DNA from: Candidatus Poribacteria bacterium
Lineage (GTDB): Bacteria > Poribacteria > WGA-4E > WGA-3G
DNA: 64,000 bases
Assembly: GCA_965214095.1 (NCBI GenBank)
Contig: OZ243938.1
Span: 5,056,001 to 5,120,000 of the forward strand
Direction of reading: 5' to 3'
Shown here: positions 9,427 through 21,786 of the stretch, piece after piece
Position numbering within the stretch: the stretch's first letter is position 1
Layout of the letters: every line of letters begins with the position of its first letter
Program-made: the position numbers and the translations under genes
Notes under the pieces: model-generated
What the model was told of the DNA's origin: nothing
The model's input: only the letters and a program-made list of their open reading frames with translations
Database searches by the model: none

Positions 9427-10596
9427 ATGAACAAAAAATATATGATCTTTTCCATCTTAACCTCAATTTTAGTCTTAGGTTTTTCTCTATCAGGTTGCGA
9501 AAGGCTCAAACAGGTAACTACACCTGAAACTACTCCTACGATTAAAATTGGTATCATCCAACCATCAGGTTACTACACCAGTTTTGCCAAGGGTGCACAA
9601 CTTGCTCAAACCCAAATCAATAATAGCGAAGGCATTTTGGGAATGGAGATTGAATTACTCATCAAGGATAATCAAGAAGCACGTCCAGTTCCAAATGCTG
9701 AAGAGAGTGTCAAGATTGCAAAAACATTGATTCAACAGGAAGATGTTCTTGCCATACTCGGTCCCATTTTCTCGAACAATTCCATCCAAGTTGCCCCTGT
9801 AGTACAACAACTTGAACGGCCTATGATTTCCGGTTCTGCTGGTAATGATGTGACCTCAGCAGGCGATTTTATCTTTCTCGTCGTTCCACCAACTTCCGTT
9901 CAAGCCGGAGCAACTGCTGAATTCGCTTATGATATATCCGAACTCGGCGCGAAAACTGCAGCGACCATATTTCATAGCGACAGTGAATATACCGAGACAC
10001 TTGCACAAGCCTTTGAAACTCACTTCCAAGAACTCGGTGGGAAAATCGTAGCAAGCGAAACCTATCAAATTGGCGATCAGAAATTTGACACACAATTAAC
10101 AAATGTCCAAGCTGCATCGCCTGATGTTCTATATATAGCAGGTGTGTTACCGGATGTTCTCTTTGTAACCGCACAAGCCAGAGAAATGGGTATTGAAGCG
10201 ACCTTCCTTGGAACCGGTAGTTGGGACGAACCTCAGAAACTATTCTCCATTTTAGATAACAATGAACCTTTAGAAGGAAGTTACTTCGCATCTAATTTTA
10301 GTCCAGAATTACAACATACTGAAAAGTTTGTTAATGCTTATGAGAGTATGTTTAACGAAAAACCCGACAGTACTGCAGCGTCAGGATACGACGCTATGTC
10401 AATTTTAGCGAATGCAATTGAAAAAGCACAAACGCTCAATCCCATAGCAATTCGTGATGCATTAGCAAATATTACTGACTATCAAGGTGCATCCACCATA
10501 TTACACTTTGATGAGAACAGACATCCGGTCAAAAGCCTGTCGCTCCACACAATACGCGATGAACAGATCGTTCTCTATAAAGTGATTGATCCGTAG
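9427..10596 (+). CDS. Branched-chain amino acid-type ABC substrate-binding lipoprotein
   Basis: Lipobox LSGC; LivJ/Peripla_BP_6 pattern. Confidence 0.85.
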   Translation: MNKKYMIFSILTSILVLGFSLSGCERLKQVTTPETTPTIKIGIIQPSGYYTSFAKGAQLAQTQINNSEGILGMEIELLIKDNQEARPVPNAEESVKIAKTLIQQEDVLAILGPIFSNNSIQVAPVVQQLERPMISGSAGNDVTSAGDFIFLVVPPTSVQAGATAEFAYDISELGAKTAATIFHSDSEYTETLAQAFETHFQELGGKIVASETYQIGDQKFDTQLTNVQAASPDVLYIAGVLPDVLFVTAQAREMGIEATFLGTGSWDEPQKLFSILDNNEPLEGSYFASNFSPELQHTEKFVNAYESMFNEKPDSTAASGYDAMSILANAIEKAQTLNPIAIRDALANITDYQGASTILHFDENRHPVKSLSLHTIRDEQIVLYKVIDP

Positions 10597-10690
10597 TCCT
10601 ACGTATCTTCTCCGCATCAAATAGACCTAAATTGTCCAGTTACTTAGTTAATCTACAAGGTGCTCTACCCCAATAGACCAGAGATTTTAC

Positions 10691-10719
10691 TTGACGCACA
10701 TCTAACTCTCCATTAGAAT
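10691..10719 (+). promoter_or_regulatory. sigma70 promoter for glpK operon
   Basis: TTGACG-17 bp-TAGAAT. Confidence 0.55.
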
Positions 10720-10749
10720 TGAGAAAAAACACATCTCTACCAGCTTAAC

Positions 10750-12249
10750 ATGTCAAGTTCTACACATATACTCTCAATAGATCAAGGAACAACAGGATCA
10801 ACCATACTCCTTGTAGATACACAAGGCAACATCGTATCACAATCATATCAGGTATTCACTCAACATTATCCGAAACCAGGATGGGTAGAACATGACCCTG
10901 ATGAGATTTGGAGTGCTACACAAAGTGCTATCGTTGAAGTGCTAAATTCCTTGGAAAATAAGAAGAGTATTGCCGCAATTGGTATCACTAATCAACGTGA
11001 AACCACTGTCGTATGGAATCGAAAGACAGGGAAACCTATTCACCCAGCAATTGTGTGGCAATGCAGAAGGACAGCAGATGTCTGTGAAAATCTCAATGCT
11101 CAAAAGGGTGTTGCATCACAAGTAAAAGCAAAAACTGGACTTGTGATTGATCCTTATTTTTCAGGCACAAAGGTAGCGTGGATCCTTGACAACATCAGTG
11201 GTGCGAGAGAAAAAGCAGAACGTGGTGAACTCGCTTTCGGAACTATTGATACTTGGTTGCTATGGAAGCTGACAAATGGCACCGTCCATAAAACTGATTA
11301 CACAAACGCATCACGAACGTTACTATTTAACATAGAAACCCTTGCTTGGGATGAAGATCTTTTAGATATTTTTAATGTTCCGAAGCCTATTTTACCTGAA
11401 GTTAAGCCATCGGCATGCAACTTTGGAAATGCTAAAATCGCACTATTAGACGGAATTCCCATTGCTGGGATTGCGGGTGATCAACAATCTGCGTTGTTCG
11501 GTCAATTATGTTGGCAACCTGGGATGGTGAAAAACACTTATGGCACAGGGTGTTTCCTGATGCTAAATACCGGTACAGATAGAGTTGAATCCAATTCAGG
11601 TCTATTAACGACATTAGCTTGTAGTTTAGATGAGAAACCAGTCTATGCATTGGAAGGTAGTGTGTTTATTGCTGGGGCAGCAATACAGTGGCTCAGAGAT
11701 GAACTACAAATAATAGAATCTGCTGATGAGACAGAAGGGATTGCGAACCGTGTGAACGATTCAGCAGGTGTCATCGTTGTACCAGCATTTACTGGACTCG
11801 GTGCCCCATATTGGGACGCTGAGGTACGAGGTGCTATCTTTGGATTAACACGAGGGACAAACCGTGAACATATCGTTCGTGCTACACTGGAATCCATTGC
11901 ATATCAGACTGCTGATGTAGTCTCTGCTATGGCAGTAGATGCGGGGACTCCGCTCAAGAAGTTACGTGTAGACGGTGGTGCTGTGGCTAACAATTTCTTG
12001 ATGCAGTTTCAAGCGGATATATTAGGTATAGACGTGGAACGACCTACACAAATTGAGACAACGGGTCTCGGTGCTGCTTACCTTGCTGGAATCACTGCGG
12101 GTGTATGGCAAGACATTGATAAGCTTGAGTTACACCGAGAAATTGATCGTGTGTTTTCACCTCAGATGGATCCTACACAACGTCAAGAGAAACTTGCACA
12201 CTGGTGTAACACAATACAAAGGTTGAGCAATGCTGCACACGGAGAATAG
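10750..12249 (+). CDS. glpK: Glycerol kinase
   Basis: [32 protein letters not shown] motifs. Confidence 0.95.
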   Translation: MSSSTHILSIDQGTTGSTILLVDTQGNIVSQSYQVFTQHYPKPGWVEHDPDEIWSATQSAIVEVLNSLENKKSIAAIGITNQRETTVVWNRKTGKPIHPAIVWQCRRTADVCENLNAQKGVASQVKAKTGLVIDPYFSGTKVAWILDNISGAREKAERGELAFGTIDTWLLWKLTNGTVHKTDYTNASRTLLFNIETLAWDEDLLDIFNVPKPILPEVKPSACNFGNAKIALLDGIPIAGIAGDQQSALFGQLCWQPGMVKNTYGTGCFLMLNTGTDRVESNSGLLTTLACSLDEKPVYALEGSVFIAGAAIQWLRDELQIIESADETEGIANRVNDSAGVIVVPAFTGLGAPYWDAEVRGAIFGLTRGTNREHIVRATLESIAYQTADVVSAMAVDAGTPLKKLRVDGGAVANNFLMQFQADILGIDVERPTQIETTGLGAAYLAGITAGVWQDIDKLELHREIDRVFSPQMDPTQRQEKLAHWCNTIQRLSNAAHGE

Positions 12250-12251
12250 CG

Positions 12252-14075
12252 ATGCGTCTCCAGTGGAAATACTCTTTGATAATAAACTTGACAGTTATTG
12301 CTGTCCTTGTCGCTTTCTATTTCTTTGACAGTTATAGGTTGCGGAAAGAGATGAGTGCACTTCACGCAGTCGGAGTAGAACAAGGTACAGCCATAAAACT
12401 AATTGCTGAGAACACTATTCTCAATCCAATTGTTGATGAAATTACTGCGTCACAAGCATTTAATCCAGACCGTATTGATCAAGTGATCAATAGACTCAAA
12501 GATGAAAACCCAGATATGAAGGATGTATTGAATGTGGAAGTCACATTAGGTGATTCGCGTGTGCGTGCCAGTTTATTATCACGCGTAATCCCAACACATA
12601 TACATTTAGGAGAGGAACACTTTCTTGAGATTGATACAAAAGGAGCAATCACCGATACGATTGAGGAGAAAAACGTTACATATATCATTTTACCATATAC
12701 AATTCCACCGAAGAAGTTAGAACCTACGCATCTGGAAGCTCAAAAATCGATGAAAGTTGAAGACATTCCGATGGAATTCTGGCAAATGTTTTTGTCTCAA
12801 GATGTTGTTTTGCCACCTGATACATCCGTACAAATTGAGGGAATCCAATCTGAATTACAAGACCAAATTGATCTTCTTAATCAAGGCAAGTTCTCATTCA
12901 AACTATGGCGGATGTTCTTCGCAAACCAGATATATTTATCTCCTGATGCTTCGGTGAATATAGATCTGAAAAACAACCGATGGCAAATTTCAGATTCAGT
13001 GAATAAGCACATGTATGATTTTTGGCTTGAGGATGACACCTTCTGGATTCACATGTCAAACGTCAATACTGGCTATATACGAGTGCTATACGATGTGCCA
13101 TCTATTGCAAAATCTATACGTTCATCCCTGTTAATGCACGCAATTTTCATCGTCATTGTCGGTATATTGTTGGTGGTACTGTTTGATTTGATGACGAATA
13201 AACTGATTATTAAACCGCTTGCACGCATGACAGAAATCATCCAAAATGCTGAAACTGGAAATCTTTCATCCTACTTAAGACGAAATTATGCATCAGACGA
13301 GATTAGCAAGGCTACTCGTAATTTAGTGCGAATGTTTATCCAACTGAAAACATCTCATTCAAGAAAAATAGCAGCACTGGGACAATTCGCCGGGGGTGTC
13401 GCACATGAAATACGGAATCCGCTTAATTCTATCGGAATGACCGCACAACATCTTAAATCAATTTTTTCACAACCCGATGTCAAACCAGAAGATATTGAGG
13501 AAGCCAGAGAATTATTAGACATTGTTGATGAGAAAATAGGAGAATTAAAGCAAACTTCAGAACAATTTTTGACGCTCAATCGTCCACGAAAACTTGATCT
13601 AACAACGGTAAATCTAAATCAACTCTTAGATTCCGTCTTATCCGAATTCACACTGATTTCGGAAGGGTCTAACGTCCAAATCAACAAGATATACAACGAT
13701 GAACTCCCAGATTTGCAATTAGATGAAATGTTGATGCGTCAGACGATATTTAACTTCGTGCAAAACTGCATTCAGGCAATGCCGAAAGGTGGAAGTATTT
13801 ATCTCACCACATCCGTTGAAGAGATAAATGGAGCGACTTATGTTTCACTTGAAATACGAGATACAGGTATCGGCATTCCAGAAGAGTATCAGGAACGGAT
13901 TTACGATGCGTATTTCACCACTAAAGACGAAGACGGCGGAATAGGTCTTGGACTTGCAATTTCACATCAGATAATCACCGCTCATCAAGGTAAGGTTGAA
14001 CTCAGGAGCAAAATCGGTATGGGAACTGCGTTTAAAATAACTTTTCCTGTCAAAAAAACAGCGATTGAACAATAA
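12252..14075 (+). CDS. Membrane sensor histidine kinase (HAMP, HisKA, HATPase)
   Basis: Two TM segments; 'GVAHEIRNPL'; 'DTGIGI', 'GIGLGL'. Confidence 0.9.
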   Translation: MRLQWKYSLIINLTVIAVLVAFYFFDSYRLRKEMSALHAVGVEQGTAIKLIAENTILNPIVDEITASQAFNPDRIDQVINRLKDENPDMKDVLNVEVTLGDSRVRASLLSRVIPTHIHLGEEHFLEIDTKGAITDTIEEKNVTYIILPYTIPPKKLEPTHLEAQKSMKVEDIPMEFWQMFLSQDVVLPPDTSVQIEGIQSELQDQIDLLNQGKFSFKLWRMFFANQIYLSPDASVNIDLKNNRWQISDSVNKHMYDFWLEDDTFWIHMSNVNTGYIRVLYDVPSIAKSIRSSLLMHAIFIVIVGILLVVLFDLMTNKLIIKPLARMTEIIQNAETGNLSSYLRRNYASDEISKATRNLVRMFIQLKTSHSRKIAALGQFAGGVAHEIRNPLNSIGMTAQHLKSIFSQPDVKPEDIEEARELLDIVDEKIGELKQTSEQFLTLNRPRKLDLTTVNLNQLLDSVLSEFTLISEGSNVQINKIYNDELPDLQLDEMLMRQTIFNFVQNCIQAMPKGGSIYLTTSVEEINGATYVSLEIRDTGIGIPEEYQERIYDAYFTTKDEDGGIGLGLAISHQIITAHQGKVELRSKIGMGTAFKITFPVKKTAIEQ

Positions 14076-14092
14076 ATTTGGAGATAATAGAC

Positions 14093-15487
14093 ATGCCATC
14101 AATACTGATTGTAGACGATGACAAAGCACAACTCACCATTCTGCAACGAATCTTACAACGCGAAGGGTACGATGTTGATACGGTAGAAGATAGCACATCA
14201 GCACTTGAAAAAATAAAGGAACAGATGTTTGATGTCGTCATCAGCGACATGTGGATGTCCTCACGATTTGAGGGACGCGACCTGCTACGAGAAATAAAAA
14301 AGGTTGATCCTGCGTTACCTGTCTTGATTATCACGGCTTATGCAGAATTGAACGATGCAGTCAATCTCGTCGCTCATGAAGGGGCATTCTACTACCTCGA
14401 AAAACCGATTGATGATATTAATGTGTTGAAACGTGAGGTTAATCGCGCCTTGCAAACTCGCGGTGCCTTTGCTGAAGGTGAACCTAATACGGATGACAAG
14501 ATATCAGTGATTGATGTAGACTATATTGTAGGGGAAAGCGATAAGATGCAACAACTCTTCAAGAATATGTCTCGTGTCATTCACCGAGGGGTTAGACAAG
14601 TGCTCATCACAGGTGAGACAGGTAGTGGGAAAAGCCTTGTTGCGCGCGCACTTCACGAATTTGGAAATCGCAAAGATAAACCTTTTGTGTCTATTAATTG
14701 TGGTGCCATTGCAGAAACCTTAATTGAGAGTGAACTATTTGGACATGAAAAAGGAGCATTTACTGATGCAGTTCAGCAGAAGAAAGGTATCTTTGAAATT
14801 GCGGATACTGGCACGTTATTCCTTGATGAAATCGGAGATATTTCCGTTCAAATGCAAAGCACACTGCTGCATGTATTAGAAAAACATGAGATACGGAGAA
14901 TTGGTGGTAGTCAGACTATAAATGTTGATGTGTGCGTCATCGCCGCAACCAATAAAAACCTTGTGGAAGCAGTGAAAGACGGCACTTTTCGTTCTGATCT
15001 CTACTTCAGATTGAACGTTATTCCGCTTCATCTGTCACCGCTTCGTGAACGCGTTGAGGACATTCCGATTCTCGTGAATTACTTAATACAAAAGTTTAGC
15101 AATGAGTATGTGGATGCAGAACCGAAACAGGTCTCACAACGTGCAATGTCTGCTCTATGCCGATATGATTGGCCAGGAAACGTGCGACAATTGGAAAACT
15201 ATCTGCATCGTATCTATGTTCTCTCCGAAAACGCTTCTATTGACTTAGATCAACTCCCTCCTGAAATAATAGATACTTCGCTTCCCACCACAGATTTTGA
15301 CATTGACATTCCAGAGAGTGGTGTTTCCTTGGAAGAGATTATCAAGGAATATGTGAGTGCTGCCTTGACAAAAACGAATGGCACACAAACCAAAGCAGCG
15401 GAATTGTTAGGTATCTCGCGCCGTCAACTTCAGCATCGTATGCAGAGTTATGGATTGCAGAGTCAAGATTTTAAAGGTGAGGAATAG
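14093..15487 (+). CDS. sigma54-dependent NtrC-family response regulator
   Basis: REC domain, GETGSGKS, ESELFGHEKGAFTDA, WPGNVRQL, Fis-type HTH. Confidence 0.92.
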   Translation: MPSILIVDDDKAQLTILQRILQREGYDVDTVEDSTSALEKIKEQMFDVVISDMWMSSRFEGRDLLREIKKVDPALPVLIITAYAELNDAVNLVAHEGAFYYLEKPIDDINVLKREVNRALQTRGAFAEGEPNTDDKISVIDVDYIVGESDKMQQLFKNMSRVIHRGVRQVLITGETGSGKSLVARALHEFGNRKDKPFVSINCGAIAETLIESELFGHEKGAFTDAVQQKKGIFEIADTGTLFLDEIGDISVQMQSTLLHVLEKHEIRRIGGSQTINVDVCVIAATNKNLVEAVKDGTFRSDLYFRLNVIPLHLSPLRERVEDIPILVNYLIQKFSNEYVDAEPKQVSQRAMSALCRYDWPGNVRQLENYLHRIYVLSENASIDLDQLPPEIIDTSLPTTDFDIDIPESGVSLEEIIKEYVSAALTKTNGTQTKAAELLGISRRQLQHRMQSYGLQSQDFKGEE

Positions 15488-15493
15488 GTTTAG

Positions 15494-15937
15494 TTAGTAA
15501 CGCTGTAGGTTTTGATCAATCTCATTTGCCCACCGATCAATTCCACCGACAACACTCAGCACAGACTTGAATCCAAGTTGTTGTAGCAGATATGCGGCAT
15601 CCAAACTCCGCATGCCGTGATGACAATAAACAACGATTCCATCTATTGGTGAGAGTTCACCAAACCGCTTCGGTAGTTCTCCGAGAGGAATAGACACTGC
15701 ACCCTCAATATGCACGAGTTGATACTCCCATTCTTCCCTGACATCAAGTAACACAAAATCCCTGCCTGAATCAATCATATATTTTAACTCATTGGGGTGA
15801 ATGGTGTATTCTTCAGGATCGTAGGGAAAGATAGCCTCTTCTACGCTGGGTGCTGCTTTCGGCAATGCTCCGTTACGTGAGGCAATGCGGAGGGAATCCC
15901 AGATTTTATACAACATTTCTCTGATACGTCTAAACAT
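15494..15937 (-). CDS. Rhodanese-domain protein
   Basis: 'LLDVREEWE', 'YCHHGMRS', 'GGIDRW'. Confidence 0.88.
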   Translation of the reverse strand: MFRRIREMLYKIWDSLRIASRNGALPKAAPSVEEAIFPYDPEEYTIHPNELKYMIDSGRDFVLLDVREEWEYQLVHIEGAVSIPLGELPKRFGELSPIDGIVVYCHHGMRSLDAAYLLQQLGFKSVLSVVGGIDRWANEIDQNLQRY

Positions 15938-15965
15938 GTCCTGTTCTCATCCAAAATGCAAATAC

Positions 15966-17990
15966 CTAAAATGTAACTGTTATACCTAAAGTTGGAACGA
16001 TAGGAAATAGCGGTTCTTCTTCAATAACACAATCTGTAATGGTATCTGTTTCCTCATCTCGCTCTTCACCGAAAGCGTATTGATCAACATTGGTGTGATT
16101 ATATAAATTCAAGACTTGAAAATACCATGTGAGTGTCCATCGTCTATAGGGACTCCGTTTTGTTATCCGAAAATCAAGACTGTGATAAGATGGTAATCGT
16201 TCCGTATGTGTTTCACCAAATAGTCGGTTACAAGCAATAATGGTATTGCCATCATCTGAAAGCACATTCTTGTGTTCCAAAGGTGTTCTTGGATCCCCTG
16301 TATGGAAACGCCAACTGAAATAGAGATGCCACGTTGAGGTGATCTGTTGACTGCAGCTCAAAAAGATGGAGTGCCTTCGATCATACTGTCGATAGATGGT
16401 CTGGTCTTCAGATGTTTCTTCTGCAATACCGTAAGCATATCCAAGTCCCCATGTCAACCGAGATGAGACTGCTTGTGTAGCGAAGATGTCAAATCCTTTT
16501 GCCTCCGCTGATTCAGCGGGGGTAAAAATCTGCAATTGTCGTCCGAATTCTCTTAATCTGCCTACCAGGTTGTCATATTTCTTGTAGTAGCCTTCAAGTC
16601 GAATGAGGAAATTGTTTTTGAGACTATATTCCCCACCGAGAATGTAATGAGTTGCTTGTTCTGCACGTCCAACGGTCTGAATATCATCTTCCACAGGAAT
16701 AGACATCATGTCAACAGGTTGGTGATAAAGACCCCACGCTGCTCGTAGGATAAGGTTATCCATTGGACGGAATGCGAGTGCAACGCGTGGACCAATCTCG
16801 TAGTTTTGAATATCCGAATCCCTATAGTTTTGAACAACATAACGTCCACCTAAGTTGACAGCAAGTTTCGGATGAATCTGCCACTCATCTTGTAGAAACA
16901 ACTTGACATCACTCCCACTATCGTCAATGTCAGCGAGTATTGGGTCGCTATAGTTGTTAATTCCCGCCCTTCTCTCTCGGACAAAGTAATCGTATTGTGC
17001 TGCTAACCAACGCCACTCTATACCGCTACGGAATGTATGTTTATCCCAAACGTTTGCGGTTAGTTCTGCTTTTGTTCCAACAAAACGGAAATCACGGATA
17101 TCACGATTTGCTTCACCAGACATCCTGTCTCGACTTGAAGTACCACCGAATACATAAACATCTGTCAGGTATGAAGTTCCAAATGCATGCCGCCACTTCA
17201 ACCACACCGTTGAATTGTTATACAGCGAATCCAAGTTGTTATCAACATCATCAATGCGTATCAGATTCTTATCCCATCCGTATATACCGTTTAACGTGAG
17301 TGTATCTGCTTCTGATAACTGATAAGTCATTTTTCCGTAGACATCAGCATATTGCGGTTTGTAGTTTTCGTCAATATCCATCAGTGCGAGAATTATGTCA
17401 ATGTATCCACGTCTTGCTGAGAGTAGCCATCCACCTTTATCTGTAAGAGGACCTTCCATCATTGCAGTTGCGTTTATTAGGTCTATGCCAAAGTTCGCAG
17501 ATACCTTTTTGGAATTTGGCATCTTTGTTGTAATATCAAACACACCGGACATTTTCTGTCCGTATTCTGCTGGGAATCCGCCCATCAGTAGATCTGCGCG
17601 GTGGATTAGGCCGAGTCCAATCAACGAAATAGCACCCCCGAAATCCTGCAGATGATACGGATCATAGAGTTCCATGCCATCCAACCTAACAGCGACACCG
17701 TCCTTTTCACCGCCTCTCACGCTGAAACGCGCGCTATAATCGCTTGCCATCACTCCCGGTAAATTATGTCCTGACCGCATTATATCGTTGTCAACTAACG
17801 GGAATCTTTCTATTTCTTGTTTTGAAAGAGAGAGTTGTGGTGTGGGACCGTCATATATCGTAAAACGTCCCGGCGTGACAACAATTGGATCCAGTTCAAT
17901 CGGTTTCTGGTTCTCTTGGGCATGCACCCAAAGAAAACTTGTGATATGTATAAAGAGGATAAGGAAAACGAGACATTTGATGGTGGACAT
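15966..17990 (-). CDS. TonB-dependent receptor
   Basis: Signal peptide, plug 'FSVRGG...GGFPAEYG', barrel, C-terminal Phe. Confidence 0.85.
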   Translation of the reverse strand: MSTIKCLVFLILFIHITSFLWVHAQENQKPIELDPIVVTPGRFTIYDGPTPQLSLSKQEIERFPLVDNDIMRSGHNLPGVMASDYSARFSVRGGEKDGVAVRLDGMELYDPYHLQDFGGAISLIGLGLIHRADLLMGGFPAEYGQKMSGVFDITTKMPNSKKVSANFGIDLINATAMMEGPLTDKGGWLLSARRGYIDIILALMDIDENYKPQYADVYGKMTYQLSEADTLTLNGIYGWDKNLIRIDDVDNNLDSLYNNSTVWLKWRHAFGTSYLTDVYVFGGTSSRDRMSGEANRDIRDFRFVGTKAELTANVWDKHTFRSGIEWRWLAAQYDYFVRERRAGINNYSDPILADIDDSGSDVKLFLQDEWQIHPKLAVNLGGRYVVQNYRDSDIQNYEIGPRVALAFRPMDNLILRAAWGLYHQPVDMMSIPVEDDIQTVGRAEQATHYILGGEYSLKNNFLIRLEGYYKKYDNLVGRLREFGRQLQIFTPAESAEAKGFDIFATQAVSSRLTWGLGYAYGIAEETSEDQTIYRQYDRRHSIFLSCSQQITSTWHLYFSWRFHTGDPRTPLEHKNVLSDDGNTIIACNRLFGETHTERLPSYHSLDFRITKRSPYRRWTLTWYFQVLNLYNHTNVDQYAFGEERDEETDTITDCVIEEEPLFPIVPTLGITVTF

Positions 17991-18138
17991 CTTGTAACCT
18001 AACTATCAGAAATGAAGACATGCGAATTATAACATTCTTTTGAGTGAGAGTCAATGAATTAGGTGTTAGGACTGGCTATTTAGTTTTAGGATTTTGGTGG
18101 TTCAGACAAAAGGGAACAAAAGTACCCACATACAATAA

Positions 18139-18252
18139 TCAGTCGGTAGATTTTGTCAAAAACTCAACACATTCCATGTCAACTTTATGGTCTGCATTGT
18201 CAATCTCAGTCCCAACGAGTCTATCTTCTGCATCATAATCAAGTAGGATACC
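18139..18252 (-). pseudogene. DUF2283-like small protein remnant
   Basis: Manual translation GILLDYDAEDRLVGTEIDNADHKVDMECVEFLTKSTD*; in-frame TAG immediately upstream and no start codon. Confidence 0.55.
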
Positions 18253-18312
18253 CTAACCAGCTGGAAACAGGAAGCGGGACCATGTGTCTCCATGATTGAA
18301 GCATACCGTGAA

Positions 18313-18642
18313 CTAAACAGCAACCACCCGCTGCTGTCCTTCTCTATTCTCTGAAGGAATAATCCGGATCTCAATATCGCGATTCAACTGATTAAGAAAC
18401 CTCATCAATTGCTCAACGTTGTAGTCAGAAAGTTTAGCGGCTTTAAGGCGAGAAACTTCAGTGTTTTTAATGCCAAGGAGTTTCGCAGCCTCGACCTGAG
18501 TGAGTTTTCGTTCCTTCAGAATTCGGAAAATCTCAGCTCCCAACTGAGCTTTTAGCAGTTCTTTCTCCGAGACCTCATCAGAAAAACCCAAATCCTTGAA
18601 GATATTCCCGCTGCCTTCTTCAACTTTAATGTTACTGCTCAT
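18313..18642 (-). CDS. higA: HigA-like XRE HTH antitoxin
   Basis: 'EEGSGNIFKDLG...LTQVEAAKLLGI' pattern; overlaps toxin stop. Confidence 0.85.
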   Translation of the reverse strand: MSSNIKVEEGSGNIFKDLGFSDEVSEKELLKAQLGAEIFRILKERKLTQVEAAKLLGIKNTEVSRLKAAKLSDYNVEQLMRFLNQLNRDIEIRIIPSENREGQQRVVAV

Positions 18643-19001
18643 AATTCTTTCTCCATCTCCTTAGCTCGTCTTAATCTTCGTTTAATCAAGTCAATATCCT
18701 TCTTTGGGGTTCTAATTCCACGTTTTGATTTCTTTTGAAAACAGTGCAGTACATACATGCTTCGACCAATTTTAACCGAGTAAACGACTCGGTAAGTATC
18801 CGTAGCGTAGGTATCGACAAGTTCAAACACTCCAGATTCTATACCCTTCATGGGTTTTGCCGATGGCGGGGTCTCGCCAATTTGTACACGATACAAAGCG
18901 TGTCCAATATCCTTACGCACCTGCTCCGGGAAAGCCTGTAACCTTTCTTTTGAATCACCAACCCACTGAACGTTTCTGGGGGTTGTTATCTCATGTTCCA
19001 T
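18639..19001 (-). CDS. higB: HigB/RelE-ParE family toxin (Gp49-like)
   Basis: 'YRVVY...YVLHCFQKKSKRGIRTP'; toxin-first order. Confidence 0.88.
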   Translation of the reverse strand: MEHEITTPRNVQWVGDSKERLQAFPEQVRKDIGHALYRVQIGETPPSAKPMKGIESGVFELVDTYATDTYRVVYSVKIGRSMYVLHCFQKKSKRGIRTPKKDIDLIKRRLRRAKEMEKEL

Positions 19002-19063
19002 ATCCTATTGTAACGCATTAACTTATATTTTTGCAAGTCCAAAGTTATCAAATGGTTAATAGG

Positions 19064-19211
19064 GTGTGTATAGTTTTTGGCTAATATCTCGTTATCCATT
19101 GTTGTACAAGGTCTCTGTGTCCTACCATCTGACAATTACACAACAACGGCAGGGCACAGAGCCCCTGCACTATAATAAGTAGTCCGAAATTAATGCCAAA
19201 ACTATACACAC
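19064..19211. mobile_element. TIR-bounded cassette carrying an inverted REP pair (REPIN-like)
   Basis: 14-bp TIR GTGTGTATAGTTTT / AAAACTATACACAC; internal inverted pair GTACAAGGTCTCTGTGTCCTACC / GGCAGGGCACAGAGCCCCTGCAC. Confidence 0.55.
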
Positions 19212-19216
19212 TATCT

Positions 19217-20530
<1,314 letters not shown>

Positions 20531-20600
20531 TCAAGCGGGTAGACACTGTTTATTGTTGAAAGAAATAATCTCCGTTATTTCTGATATTTAAGAATATAAA

Positions 20601-20622
20601 TCGGGTTGGAAACCCCTGCTAC
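20601..20622 (-). repeat. GTAG-type REP
   Basis: Minus strand GTAGCAGGGGTTTCCAACCCGA. Confidence 0.55.
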
Positions 20623-20640
20623 AATAGACAGGGCATGGAT

Positions 20641-21786
20641 TTAATACTCGCGTTTATGCCAATCGTCTTCCCACAAGTTGAATGAACCTTCGCGATAGGG
20701 GTGTTGTGCGATGAGTTCCTCATTCAGTTTCATCCCAAGCCCCGGACCATCGGGTAGACTAAAGTATCCATCAATGACTTCGGGACAACCCGTTGCTGCT
20801 TCTTTTACCCATGCCTCAGAGAAATCGTTGAAATGCTCCTGAATTTTGAAGTTCGTGGTGCATGCGGCGAAGTGCAATGCAGTAGCAGTTGAGACTGGAC
20901 CACCAACATTGTGTGGTGCTACTGTCATATAACACATGTCCCCCATTGCAGCGATTTTCTTCGTTTCTAAGAATCCTCCCGTCTGTGTAATATCGGGTTG
21001 TAGGATATCTGCAGCTTGAAGGTTAATCAATTCGCGATACTCGTATTTATTGTGGAGACGTTCACCTGTGGCAACTGGTAGGTTGATACTATCGGATGCT
21101 TTTGCGAGTGCTGCGATGTTATCGGGAGGTACAGGTTCTTCAACCCAACTCGGTTTGAATTGTTCCAATTCTGCTGCGATTTCTATGGCTGTGTATGGAC
21201 TAAATCGACCATGCATCTCTACCAGTATTTCAACATCTGGTCCCACTGCACCACGCACAGCTTCTACAAGAGAAACGGATTTCAGTTTCTCCTCATAAGA
21301 GAGTTCATAGTAACCCGCTCCGAATGGATCAAATTTGAGTGCTTTATATCCTTTTTCAATCACTTTTTTGGCGGCATCGTGAAACTCCTCTGGTGTGCGT
21401 TCAACACGATACCAACCGTTGGCGTATGCTTTGATTTTATCACGGCAAGCACCCCCAAGCAGGCGATATACCGGTTGATTCAATGCTTTACCGATAATAT
21501 CCCAACATGCAATTTCAATGACGCTTATGCCAGTAGCGACGATTTCACCCGCGCGTCCATAGTCGTCACGAAACATGCGTTGATAAAGGTCTTCTGTATT
21601 AAACGGGTCACTTCCAATGACGTGCCTGCGTTTTGCACCGTCGATATAAGCCACAAGTGCGTCTGTGCGGTTATTCATACGCACTTCACTGATACCTGTT
21701 AAACCTTCATCGGTTTCAACTTTTACGAAGGTCAAATTCCGCCAACTTGTTCCCATGACAAGGGTAATAACATCTGTGATTTTCAT
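20641..21786 (-). CDS. Mandelate racemase/enolase superfamily dehydratase (galactonate dehydratase-like)
   Basis: WDIIGKAL.QPVY.LLGG, KFDP, E.HGR, EEP, ATGER, APHN. Confidence 0.88.
   Translation of the reverse strand: MKITDVITLVMGTSWRNLTFVKVETDEGLTGISEVRMNNRTDALVAYIDGAKRRHVIGSDPFNTEDLYQRMFRDDYGRAGEIVATGISVIEIACWDIIGKALNQPVYRLLGGACRDKIKAYANGWYRVERTPEEFHDAAKKVIEKGYKALKFDPFGAGYYELSYEEKLKSVSLVEAVRGAVGPDVEILVEMHGRFSPYTAIEIAAELEQFKPSWVEEPVPPDNIAALAKASDSINLPVATGERLHNKYEYRELINLQAADILQPDITQTGGFLETKKIAAMGDMCYMTVAPHNVGGPVSTATALHFAACTTNFKIQEHFNDFSEAWVKEAATGCPEVIDGYFSLPDGPGLGMKLNEELIAQHPYREGSFNLWEDDWHKREY

Noticed and set aside
14750-14770. GAFTDA instead of GAFTGA in the sigma54 activator
   Set aside because: A common variant in NtrC-family proteins; not notable
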